From assembly GCA_045648865.1 (NCBI GenBank), contig JAZROU010000073.1, positions 1 to 43,118 on the forward strand: DNA of 43,118 nucleotides, read 5' to 3'. The notes under the pieces are model-generated. The model was not told where the DNA came from and made no database searches. It saw nothing but the letters and a program-made list of their open reading frames with translations. Positions 7,379-15,991 of the stretch are shown here, in pieces. The position numbers were made by a program, and so were the translations under genes. This DNA is from Candidatus Enterousia sp. Lineage in GTDB: Bacteria; Pseudomonadota; Alphaproteobacteria; Rs-D84. Position 1 is the stretch's first letter, and every line of letters starts with the position of its first letter.

Positions 7379-8646
7379 TTCGATTTGTTTAATTTTTCAC
7401 GTAAATTGTCCCAATAATCCAGACGCTTTTTTATTTCGCGTTCGAATCCGCGTTCGATGGGTTGGTAAAATTTTTGACGGCCCATAGATTCTGGGAAACA
7501 GTTTTGTCCAGAAAATCCGTTGGCGGTGTCAGGGTCGTAAATATAACCCGCATTATACCCCAGATTCTTCATCATTTTTGTCGGTGCGTTTAATATGTTT
7601 TTTGGAGGCATTAAACTGCCTGTTTCGCGGGCGGCGGCATAGGCAGCCTTTTGCGCGCGATAATTACCAATGCTTTTTGGGGCGGTACCCAGGTATATTA
7701 CCAATTGGGTCAAGGCCAGGTCGCCTTCGGGACTGCCCAATCTTTCGTATGCAGACCAGGCGGCAATCGCAACCTGCAATGCGTTTGGATCGGCCAGGCC
7801 CACATCTTCGACCGCAAAGCGGGTCAGGCGACGGAATATGTACATTGGATCTTGGCCAGATGTCATCATGCGTGCCGTCCAATAAAGGGCGGCGTCTGTA
7901 TCACTGGCACGCAGGGATTTGTGAACCGCAGATATCAGATTATAGTGTTCGTCGCCATGCCTGTCCGACAGGGGGGCGCGTTTTTGTACTGCGTTATTCA
8001 GTTCGTCGGGTGATAATGGTTTTTTAAAATTTGCGTTAAACAGGTATTCAACTGTGTTCAACAAAAATCGTGCGTCGCCATCTGCCATCTGGGCCAGGTG
8101 CGGACGGGTGTCGTTTTCAAGTGGTAATTTCTTACCAACGAATTCTTCGGCGCGTGTTATTAATGTCAATAAATCTGTGGTCGATAATGGCTGTAATACT
8201 CCGATATGACAACGTGATAATAACGCGTTGTTTAAATTAAAACTGGGGTTTTCGGTGGTTGCGCCGATAAATACCACAGTGCCATCTTCCAGGTAGGGCA
8301 GTAATGTATCCTGTTGTGTTTTGTTAAATCGGTGTATTTCATCAATAAACAGTAATGTGCCACGGCCAATGTCCCGGTTCATGCGGGCGGCATCCATTGC
8401 CTTTTTTATATCTGCGGTGCCAGAAAATACAGCCGACATTGGTACAAAGTCCATGTCAACAGAATTTGCCAATGCGCGGGCAATCGTGGTTTTGCCACAC
8501 CCGGGCGGGCCCCACAGAATTAAATTAGATAACTTGTTATTATCAACCATGCGGCGGACCAGGCCGTTTTCGCCCAACAGCGTCGTTTGTCCAATAACAT
8601 CATCAATTGTGTTTGGACGCATTAAATCGGCAAGTGGTCGTGTCAT
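7375..8646 (-). CDS. rarA: replication-associated recombination protein A (AAA+ ATPase)
   Basis: 423 aa. Walker A GPPGCGKTT, Walker B LFIDEIHRF, MgsA-type C-terminal domain. Its stop codon overlaps the fabD stop. Confidence 0.9.
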   Translation of the reverse strand: MTRPLADLMRPNTIDDVIGQTTLLGENGLVRRMVDNNKLSNLILWGPPGCGKTTIARALANSVDMDFVPMSAVFSGTADIKKAMDAARMNRDIGRGTLLFIDEIHRFNKTQQDTLLPYLEDGTVVFIGATTENPSFNLNNALLSRCHIGVLQPLSTTDLLTLITRAEEFVGKKLPLENDTRPHLAQMADGDARFLLNTVEYLFNANFKKPLSPDELNNAVQKRAPLSDRHGDEHYNLISAVHKSLRASDTDAALYWTARMMTSGQDPMYIFRRLTRFAVEDVGLADPNALQVAIAAWSAYERLGSPEGDLALTQLVIYLGTAPKSIGNYRAQKAAYAAARETGSLMPPKNILNAPTKMMKNLGYNAGYIYDPDTANGFSGQNCFPESMGRQKFYQPIERGFEREIKKRLDYWDNLREKLNKSN

Positions 8647-8676
8647 TTTATTTGGCTTTTATTTATGGTTCATTTG

Positions 8677-8685
8677 TGATATAAT
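8677..8685 (+). promoter_or_regulatory. extended -10 element TGATATAAT
   Basis: Lies in the 70-bp divergent gap between rarA and the MucR-like gene. Confidence 0.4.
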
Positions 8686-8716
8686 AATTCTATTAAAATA
8701 TAAAGGAAAGCGCAAG

Positions 8717-9073
8717 TTGGTAAATAAAAATTCTGAGTTTACATTGGCGGTGGCAAATCTGGCGGCGGCGGCAATTAATGCAAATCCAAAACTGACAATG
8801 GAAGAGGCTGTTAAGAACGCGCGCGAAATTTTGCGCGGAACATCAGTGACGCCACAGCAAATTGAAGATTCTGTGATGCCAGATAAAATTCAATGCCTGG
8901 AAGATGGTACGTGGCATGTAATGTTACGCAGATATATAAAACGACGCTTTAATCTGACACCGCAGGAGTATCGTGTAAAATGGGGATTGCCGGATGATTA
9001 TCCGTTTGTGGCGCCTGCGTATGCACGTAAACGTTCAAAAATAGCCAAGAAAAATGGTTTGGGGAGGAAGTAG
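8717..9073 (+). CDS. Ros/MucR family transcriptional regulator (zinc ligands mostly lost)
   Basis: C-terminal half reads CLEDGTWHVMLRRYIKRRFNLTPQEYRVKWGLPDDYPFVAPAYARKRSKIAKKNGLGRK, matching the MucR signature. Start proposed at TTG 8717 with RBS AAAGGAAAG. An alternative start is an ATG 72 nt downstream. Confidence 0.75.
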   Translation: MVNKNSEFTLAVANLAAAAINANPKLTMEEAVKNAREILRGTSVTPQQIEDSVMPDKIQCLEDGTWHVMLRRYIKRRFNLTPQEYRVKWGLPDDYPFVAPAYARKRSKIAKKNGLGRK

Positions 9074-10975
9074 ATGTCTGAAAAATTTCGTAAAATTGTT
9101 AACGCGCCACATAAGGCAGTTGGGCGTATAACCCAGGGAATAAAGCGTACACAGCCAAAAGGTGTGGTGGGAAATGTTGCAAAGGGGGCAGGAATGACTG
9201 TGACAGGGTTGTCGCAGTTTTTGTTGTGGATGGCAAAATATGTGACGCTGGATAATCATTTGTTGCGTGCGTGGGAACGGGCATTGGGTAAAATAAATGT
9301 TGGTAAAAATGAAAATGGTGAAAAAAATAAATTTCAAGAATTTATAAAACAAAATCCGAATCTGGCTGCGCATGTGATTTATTATATGATGACAGCTGCA
9401 ATTGTGTGGGGTGCAAAGCTGGGGTTGGATAATTCAGAACTGGCAGAGCTGGGGGATCAAATAAAGATAGAGCGCGAAATTAAAAAGGCTAAGGCGGGGA
9501 CGTATGCAGAATATCTGGATAAAATGAAACCGGTAGTGCCATATTTGGTCGCAGATTTAGTTGCGAAAGAGGGGGTTGTGACCAATGAAAATGGCGAACA
9601 TGTTCCTTATTTGGATGGTCAGGGGGTTTGGACAATTGGATTTGGTTCGACCGTGTTAAAAGATGGGACGCGTGTGAACAAAAATACACCGCCAATTACA
9701 ACACAACAGGCGTATGAATTGGCGTCTTGGCATATTGTTCAAAAAGAAACTTTGTTTAGGTTGTGGTGCTATGATGTCGCATTTGATAAGGTGGATATTA
9801 ATTCAGCAGCAGAACTGATTGCGCTGTCCGCGGCAACGTATAATGTTGGAACGGATTTAATAGAACAGCCACGCGTTGATGGAAAAAGAAATCGTGCGTA
9901 CAATGAAAGGTTCGCCGAATTGGATAAACTGCATAAAGAATATGGTAATGCAATTACGGCGGATATGGTGCGTGGTGTTTTTGCAAAATATCCTGTTAAA
10001 CATCCAACGTCGGTTGGAGAGGCGTGGTTGTATGGGAAAGATAAGGGAAAAATTGCAGATGCTTTGGGAAACTTTTTAAAGGGTGGAAACGGTTTGCGTT
10101 GGCGCAGATGGTTGGAAGCCCAGGTGATGAAAGGTAATATTAAACCAGAAGTTTTTTTGCAAATTCCCGTTGGGGCAATGTATGAATTTTATAATAAGAT
10201 TGGTGAAAAACGTGAAAACTGGTTTATTGAAAAAAAGGGACAACGGATTGTTAATGATAAAACGTTGCAAGAATTTTTAACGTGGGTAAAGAATCCAACG
10301 AATAAATCAGGACAGGCATTGACTGGTGCCAGATATAAACCTGTTATTGATTGGTTGCCAAAAGATGTTGCAAGCCAGTGTTTGGCCGGGAAATGTGAAA
10401 TTGGTGCCAGCGGTATTTGGGAAAATGTATTTGCGTCTAAGGAAAAAAGAAATGAATTAAAACAGGTCGAGATTAAGACATATGTCATAGGTTATGAAGA
10501 TCTGTATGCGGATGCAATCGGCAGCTTTAAGGCGGGCGATTATAATGCGGCCGCAAAAAAGTATGAAAAAATGATAGAACAATATCCAGATAATGCGTTG
10601 TTGCGTAATGATTTGGCTGCGACATATAACAAGTTGGGACGATATGATGACACGATTGTGCAGGCGCGCGAAGTGTTGAAAAGAATTGGCGATAGGTCGC
10701 AGTATGGTGCAGCGCAATATAATGCAGGATTTGCGTATGAGCAATTAGGTAACTTGCAAAAGGCGTTGGCGAATTATAAGTTGGCGTTGGCAAGTGGTAA
10801 TCGACGTGTGCAGCGTGATATTACACGTGTGGCTGAAAAAATGAAACAGGGCAAAAATGCTAAGATGGCATTCGGGGTCGGTAAACGACAAATTCAATCC
10901 AGGATAAAAAAATCGCAAAATAACAGGGGGGATTTGTTTGTTTATGGAAAAACCTATCAAGGAAATATGGCATAG
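9074..10975 (+). CDS. membrane-anchored GH24 (phage-type) lysozyme domain protein with C-terminal TPR repeats
   Basis: TM segment LAAHVIYYMMTAAIVWGAKLG. KEG...YLDGQGVWTIGFGST carries the Glu/Asp/Thr pattern of T4-type lysozymes. TPR-like segment YPDNALLRNDLAATYNKLGRYDD...AGFAYEQLGNLQKALANYKLAL. Confidence 0.7.
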   Translation: MSEKFRKIVNAPHKAVGRITQGIKRTQPKGVVGNVAKGAGMTVTGLSQFLLWMAKYVTLDNHLLRAWERALGKINVGKNENGEKNKFQEFIKQNPNLAAHVIYYMMTAAIVWGAKLGLDNSELAELGDQIKIEREIKKAKAGTYAEYLDKMKPVVPYLVADLVAKEGVVTNENGEHVPYLDGQGVWTIGFGSTVLKDGTRVNKNTPPITTQQAYELASWHIVQKETLFRLWCYDVAFDKVDINSAAELIALSAATYNVGTDLIEQPRVDGKRNRAYNERFAELDKLHKEYGNAITADMVRGVFAKYPVKHPTSVGEAWLYGKDKGKIADALGNFLKGGNGLRWRRWLEAQVMKGNIKPEVFLQIPVGAMYEFYNKIGEKRENWFIEKKGQRIVNDKTLQEFLTWVKNPTNKSGQALTGARYKPVIDWLPKDVASQCLAGKCEIGASGIWENVFASKEKRNELKQVEIKTYVIGYEDLYADAIGSFKAGDYNAAAKKYEKMIEQYPDNALLRNDLAATYNKLGRYDDTIVQAREVLKRIGDRSQYGAAQYNAGFAYEQLGNLQKALANYKLALASGNRRVQRDITRVAEKMKQGKNAKMAFGVGKRQIQSRIKKSQNNRGDLFVYGKTYQGNMA

Positions 10976-10991
10976 TGTGCCATTATAAAGA

Positions 10992-13004
10992 GTGGAAAAA
11001 ATGAAAATATATGTTGATGTTCATGATAGACGCTGGAACAAGTATAAGATTGATTTTGAAAAAATTGCTGCTTTGGTGGTTGGCGAAAAGTATAAAAATG
11101 CCGAAGTGTCAATAATTTTGACCAATGATTCGGAAATCCATGAAATCAATAAAACATATCGTAATGTTGACAGGCCGACAAATGTTCTGTCTTTTGAATT
11201 GGGCGATGATGTGTTGTTGGGCGATATTTATATATCGTATGATACTGTTATGCGTGAAGCAAAAGATGCAGACATTACATTTGCCGATCGTGTGGCGCAT
11301 ATGGTTGTTCATGGTATGTTTCATTTGTTGGGGTATGATCATTTAGATGATCAAGAAGCGGTGCTGATGGAAATGAAGGAAATTCGCGTGTTGAAAAAGT
11401 TGGGAATTAAAAATCCGTATGCAGATGAAGTGCTGGATGCTTGTCAGGATGGTGTTTGTTGCCCAGGTGGTGGATTAATTCGATTCGTGGGGCGATTTAA
11501 AATTCGCGAAAACGGATTTTGGCAATATGCGCTGTACGCACTGTTTGGTGGGGTTGCGTGTTTTGGGTTTGCGCCATTCTATCAGTGGTGGTGGACAATA
11601 ATTGGTATCGCTGGTGCGTATTGGTTGACCGTTCGTAACAAGAATATAGGTGGGTTTTGGAAAGCGTTGTTGCGTGTGTCGCCATTTGGTGCGATGTATG
11701 CATTGGCAAATTTTTGGTGGGTGTTGCATTCTATTTATGTGGTGCCAGAACTGGCGCAGCAGTTTGCAATTTGGACAATCCCAGGTGTGATTGGTTTGGC
11801 AATCGCGGGCGCGTTGATTTTTTCGTGGCCATTTATTGCGATTGCGCGTGTGCGCACATCAAATGCAGGTCGCGCGGTTTTGTTTGCCTGTGTTTGGGGT
11901 TTGGTGCTGTGGGCACGTGAATGGATGTTTACGGGGTTCCCATGGAATCCGGTCGCGAATATAACAATGCCGTTGCCAGTGTTGGCAAATTCAATGGCGC
12001 TGTGGGGTGCGTTGGGGTTGACGGTTGTTATTGTTGGTGCCGTGGCGATAATGGTTGAGGTTTTGCGCAACAGAAAATGCCGCAAGTGTTGGGCGATGAT
12101 GTGTGTGCTGGGGATTATTGGGTGTGTGGGTGTGTTTGTTGGCTATAAAAACATGCAATATTCTGATTTTGGTGCAGATTCAACAGGACCGATGATACGT
12201 ATCGTTCAGCCAGCAAATTCGCAGTTGCAAAAGTCGACTCATAATCGGGAACAGGTGTTGGCCAGGGCAGAATATAACATGCAACAGTTAATGCGTTTGG
12301 CGGCGCAGGGTGAAAGTGTGGATATTGTTATTTTTCCTGAAACAACATATCCGTTTGTGGTTGTGCCGGGGGATAAAATAGAAATTGCTGGGGGGGTGGG
12401 ACGGCCAGTGGTTATTGGTGCAAATACATTTGACGGAAAAAAATTGTCTAATTCTATGATCGTGACGGATGAATATGGAAATATTCAAATGGTTTACAAT
12501 AAATCGCATTTGGTTCCATTTGGCGAATATAGTCCATTGGGGCTTTTCCCGACGCCTGTGGATTTAGCGCCAGGTAGTGGGCCGGATTTAATTGCAATCG
12601 GTGATTTTATTTTTGCGCCGGCGGTGTGTTATGAGATTATTTTTTCTGATTCTTTGTTATTGGATTCTGGGGACGGTGACGTGCATGCGATTGTGAACAT
12701 AACAAATGATAATTGGTTTGGAAATACGCCGGGTACGTATCAGCATTTGGATATGGTGCGTCGGTATGCGATTGAATCAGGGCTGCCGATTATTCGGGCA
12801 AATTATTCTGGGATAAGTGCGTTTGTTGCGGCAGATGGCGCAGTAATATCGGCATTGCCTGTTGGTGCGGTGGGGACATTGGATGGTTTTGTTTGGGGTG
12901 CGCATAAGACGCCGTATCGTGCAATCGGTTTGAATGGATGGATGATAGTGATATTGGTTTTGTCTATTATTGGAATTCGACTGTGTGATGGTAAAAGGAA
13001 TTAG
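10992..13004 (+). CDS. fusion protein: YbeY endoribonuclease domain + apolipoprotein N-acyltransferase (Lnt)
   Basis: Residues 1-146 are YbeY-like (HMVVHGMFHLLGYDH). A Cys/Gly linker follows. Residues about 176-670 are Lnt-like: multi-TM N-terminus and a CN-hydrolase triad (FPET, NKSHLVPFGEY, VCYEIIF). The frame is continuous. GTG 10992 or ATG 11001 could be the start. Confidence 0.8.
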   Translation: MEKMKIYVDVHDRRWNKYKIDFEKIAALVVGEKYKNAEVSIILTNDSEIHEINKTYRNVDRPTNVLSFELGDDVLLGDIYISYDTVMREAKDADITFADRVAHMVVHGMFHLLGYDHLDDQEAVLMEMKEIRVLKKLGIKNPYADEVLDACQDGVCCPGGGLIRFVGRFKIRENGFWQYALYALFGGVACFGFAPFYQWWWTIIGIAGAYWLTVRNKNIGGFWKALLRVSPFGAMYALANFWWVLHSIYVVPELAQQFAIWTIPGVIGLAIAGALIFSWPFIAIARVRTSNAGRAVLFACVWGLVLWAREWMFTGFPWNPVANITMPLPVLANSMALWGALGLTVVIVGAVAIMVEVLRNRKCRKCWAMMCVLGIIGCVGVFVGYKNMQYSDFGADSTGPMIRIVQPANSQLQKSTHNREQVLARAEYNMQQLMRLAAQGESVDIVIFPETTYPFVVVPGDKIEIAGGVGRPVVIGANTFDGKKLSNSMIVTDEYGNIQMVYNKSHLVPFGEYSPLGLFPTPVDLAPGSGPDLIAIGDFIFAPAVCYEIIFSDSLLLDSGDGDVHAIVNITNDNWFGNTPGTYQHLDMVRRYAIESGLPIIRANYSGISAFVAADGAVISALPVGAVGTLDGFVWGAHKTPYRAIGLNGWMIVILVLSIIGIRLCDGKRN

Positions 13005-13059
13005 TTTTTTTACTTTTATCTGGGGGGCTTTTGTGTTAAAATTGTAGGCAAGAGAGAAT

Positions 13060-14970
13060 ATGAAGTTGTTTAAGCGAATTTTATTTCTGGCTTTGTGCGC
13101 AACCCCGGTGTTTGCGCATGCCCAGGTTGCAACAACATCGGGCAGTAATTTGACCGCATGGAATGGGAATGCAGGGGCGACAAATAACAATAATTGGAAC
13201 CAGTTGATGAACAGTCGTGCCATGGCATCTGGTGGGGCAGGTGGGGCGACTGCTGATTTTGGAAATTGTAATTCGCTGATTTTGCGTTGTGCGCAACCAA
13301 AGTGCGCCGGTTGTTCAACCATAGATGTGGCACGGCCAATTGTCGCAGGATGCGTTAACAGTAATGCGGCCTGCAAAAAACATGGTGATGAATTAATAGA
13401 TTTTATTTCTGCCCAGATGGTGTCAAATGCAAACAGCAAGGCACAGCAGGCACAGTTGGCCGTGCAACAGGCCGCCGCACAGAATGATGAGCAATTGAAA
13501 CAAATGCAGATGCAAATGGCGCAAATGCAGGAAGATATGCAGGCACAAAATGAACAACAAATGGCACAGATGCAGGCTGCATTAGAAGAACAAAAGGCAT
13601 TGGTTGCAGCCGCCACAGAACAAAAGAATCAGCAGACACAGGAAGCTGTTTCTGAAACTGGGACAGGTGGGGGGCAGACGGCTGAATTGTCTGATGAAAT
13701 GCGTAACGCCGCAGAAAATGGTGTCGATCCGGATATTTTAGTGCGAAAGCAAATTTCTGGTCAAATATTGACCAAAATAGAGGCGGCTGAAAACGCACTG
13801 AAGACATTAAAGGTTACAATGGACGAAGCGTTCGATTATGCCGGATGTGATTCGCGTGGCAATAATTGCGCAGGACCAAAGCGTGTCAAAACATTCAAGG
13901 AAAAGGCACATGCGTTCTTTGAACCATATGACGAAATCGTAGATGAAGCGTACGATGGGTTGGAAATGGCGTTGGCGGTTGGTGTGGATGTTTCTGATGT
14001 CATTATGATGTTAAGTGGGGCGTGCAACCAGTGGGGTAAATTTTTGTGTACAGGCGTCGGTGAAAAGCACGAAGTTGAATATTATACAAACGATACGTGC
14101 AAGAATGGACGGTCGGTAAAACGTGGTGTTGTTAAGGGCGGACAGGAATGTACGGTAAAGATGGCGGTGCCACCCCAGGATGATTCGCGGTGTACGTTGA
14201 CCCAATTGATTGCCGGTGGTGGTGATAATGATCCGGTGTTCCGTGAATGGTTAGATGAAAATTACGAAGGGGATCGATTGGTGCGTGTTGGTTGTGCGAC
14301 GTCATCGCTGGAATCAATCGCAATATTTGGACGTCGTAACAGCAAGAAAGGGGCGACGTTGGATTTGGACACGTTGGAACGTATTATCTTGCAGGATGCG
14401 CCAGAAACGGTCGGGGTAAACAGGTTTTCAAGTGCAAAGTATGATGCAGAAACAGAACGATTGAAATACTGTGCACTGACACCGACAGGGTATCAGAATT
14501 TGTTGACAGCGGTACAGTCTAAGAAATTACCGAAAAAGATTTGTGTAAAAAATGAACAGTTGGCACAAACATGGTACTATGGCGGGCCAATTGCATCAGG
14601 GGTAATTGATACAGGGTTGGACAATGGTAAAATTATAGCTGCCGCAGGTGAACAGGAAATCTGTGACAGGTGGAAGGCGCTGGCGCCAAGTGGTTGTGAG
14701 GTTGGATGGAATGAAACAGATAAGCGTTGCAAATTGACCAAGGGTGATTGTGTGTTTGTTGGCAATGATATATTGAGTAAAACCGAATATAACCAGCGTG
14801 AAAACGCCAGACTGGTAGAGCTTGAAAAGGATACTTATAAGGGAGTACATGAAGATTGTGATAATGCAGGTGGTGTCTTTAAGGTTGATGGTAAATGTTA
14901 TTGTGGTAATGTACATTTTAGAACAGATTTGTATAAATGTGACAAGGACAAGCATTTAGTTAATAAATAA
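13060..14970 (+). CDS. secreted Cys-rich coiled-coil protein, unknown function
   Basis: Signal peptide MKLFKRILFLALCATPVFAHA. About 28 Cys in the mature protein. Q/M-rich coiled-coil tract. C-terminal C-x-C clusters. I recognise no family. Confidence 0.7.
   Translation: MKLFKRILFLALCATPVFAHAQVATTSGSNLTAWNGNAGATNNNNWNQLMNSRAMASGGAGGATADFGNCNSLILRCAQPKCAGCSTIDVARPIVAGCVNSNAACKKHGDELIDFISAQMVSNANSKAQQAQLAVQQAAAQNDEQLKQMQMQMAQMQEDMQAQNEQQMAQMQAALEEQKALVAAATEQKNQQTQEAVSETGTGGGQTAELSDEMRNAAENGVDPDILVRKQISGQILTKIEAAENALKTLKVTMDEAFDYAGCDSRGNNCAGPKRVKTFKEKAHAFFEPYDEIVDEAYDGLEMALAVGVDVSDVIMMLSGACNQWGKFLCTGVGEKHEVEYYTNDTCKNGRSVKRGVVKGGQECTVKMAVPPQDDSRCTLTQLIAGGGDNDPVFREWLDENYEGDRLVRVGCATSSLESIAIFGRRNSKKGATLDLDTLERIILQDAPETVGVNRFSSAKYDAETERLKYCALTPTGYQNLLTAVQSKKLPKKICVKNEQLAQTWYYGGPIASGVIDTGLDNGKIIAAAGEQEICDRWKALAPSGCEVGWNETDKRCKLTKGDCVFVGNDILSKTEYNQRENARLVELEKDTYKGVHEDCDNAGGVFKVDGKCYCGNVHFRTDLYKCDKDKHLVNK
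13492..13587 (+). repeat. in-frame ATGCAR-type repeat encoding a Q/M-rich tract
   Basis: Translation reads QLKQMQMQMAQMQEDMQAQNEQQMAQMQAALE. It generates the spurious 279-aa antisense ORF 12777..13616. Confidence 0.7.
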
Positions 14971-14977
14971 AAAAGAA

Positions 14978-15730
14978 ATGAAAGTGTTGAAAAATATTTT
15001 GGCTGGGGTGTTTGCGGGACTGGTGTTGGTGACACCGGTGGTGGCGGATAATGGATGCGAAAATGATGAAAATGATGCAATTGTGGCGGAATTGGCGCTG
15101 TGTTCAACGCATGCCTATAATATTGGTGCAACAAAAAATCCAAGTGGTGCAGACAAGGAATTTATGCGTGATGTTATCGCAATGAAAACAACACTGATAA
15201 CACAGCAGATGTATCGGCAATATGAACAGATGGAATCTATGCTGCGCAGATTGAAAACACAATTGGAAAAAGCTGTGCTGACAACCAAATTAAATGCCGC
15301 AGGGGCAGTGGCCAGTTCAGGTGATTCAAGGAGCGCGTATGTAATTCCAGAAGATGGGTTCCAGTCGAATGACAGAAATATTCATATGGCAGATGTTAAG
15401 AATTGTAATAATGAACTGTTGCCGACAGATGTTTTACAGTGTCTGAATGATAACATGGGTGTGATATCAGAAAAAACAGGTAATGCAGATAACGTTAATT
15501 CTGAGGTTGCAAAGCAATTGGCAAATGACTTTAAGTTGTTAAAGAGTGTTTCCGTTGCGAATGATGACAAGTGTGTATATAAGATAAGTGATAAAGATAC
15601 AGATGACACATGTTTGGATGATAAGCTGATTCGTAAAAAGAAAAATTTTCGAACCTGTTTTGATAATATGCGTAATTGTTTGCGTAATAAAATGTATATA
15701 GTGTCGCAGAACGAAAGAAAAGCAAAGTAG
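14978..15730 (+). CDS. secreted Cys-containing coiled-coil protein, unknown function
   Basis: Starts 8 nt after the preceding gene. Signal peptide MKVLKNILAGVFAGLVLVTPVVA. 9 Cys. The N-terminal module loosely resembles that of the upstream protein (LxLC...(D/K)E(L/F)(I/M)xD(F/V)I(S/A)). Confidence 0.65.
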   Translation: MKVLKNILAGVFAGLVLVTPVVADNGCENDENDAIVAELALCSTHAYNIGATKNPSGADKEFMRDVIAMKTTLITQQMYRQYEQMESMLRRLKTQLEKAVLTTKLNAAGAVASSGDSRSAYVIPEDGFQSNDRNIHMADVKNCNNELLPTDVLQCLNDNMGVISEKTGNADNVNSEVAKQLANDFKLLKSVSVANDDKCVYKISDKDTDDTCLDDKLIRKKKNFRTCFDNMRNCLRNKMYIVSQNERKAK

Positions 15731-15745
15731 AGATTAAAAAATATT

Positions 15746-15769
15746 GGCCCGCAATGCGGGCTGATTTAT
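15746..15769. terminator. bidirectional hairpin between convergent genes
   Basis: Stem GCCCGC/GCGGGC (15747-15752/15756-15761), loop AAT. Overlaps the stop codon of the RHH gene. Confidence 0.6.
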
Positions 15770-15987
15770 TGACATGGGGCAATGCGCAGTATCATTTGGT
15801 TCAATACCCATACGCGTACCGCAGATGATAAATTTTTGTCGGGTGTGCGTGTTTGATCAATTTCATTTATTATTTGGGCAATTGGTTTGCCGGCGCGTGC
15901 AGCCAACGCATGCAGCGCGTCTATAAATTCTGGTTCCAGGGTTATGCTGGTTTGATGACCAGACAAAGATACTGATAATTTTTTCAT
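15766..15987 (-). CDS. ribbon-helix-helix (RHH_4-like) DNA-binding protein
   Basis: MKKLSVSLSGHQTSITLEPEFIDALHALAARAGKPIAQIINEID...NLSSAVRVWVL matches the alphaproteobacterial RHH_4 pattern. ATG 15987 has RBS AGGAAAG. Starts 4 nt after the upstream stop. Confidence 0.7.
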   Translation of the reverse strand: MKKLSVSLSGHQTSITLEPEFIDALHALAARAGKPIAQIINEIDQTRTPDKNLSSAVRVWVLNQMILRIAPCQ

Positions 15988-15991
15988 GGTT

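Noticed and set aside
8321-8716. Long 5' extension of ORF 8321..9073 (250 aa) upstream of the MucR-like domain
   Set aside because: This part is antisense to rarA, which has unmistakable AAA+/MgsA motifs. Its translation is low-information. A TTG with a good RBS at 8717 gives a MucR-sized protein.
9071-9076. MucR-like gene and GH24-TPR gene are in the same frame, separated only by TAG: possible read-through fusion
   Set aside because: The MucR-like protein ends at the family's normal C-terminus (...KNGLGRK), and the next codon is an ATG opening an unrelated architecture. A shared frame is a 1-in-3 coincidence. I treat this as tight coupling, not recoding.
12777-13616. 279-aa minus-strand ORF rich in C/I/A/S (MAAATNAFCSSNAACICAICC...)
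   Set aside because: It is the antisense shadow of the Q/M repeat (ATGCAR gives YTGCAT) and of the lnt 3' end. It has no signal, RBS or family resemblance. The plus-strand genes are far better supported.
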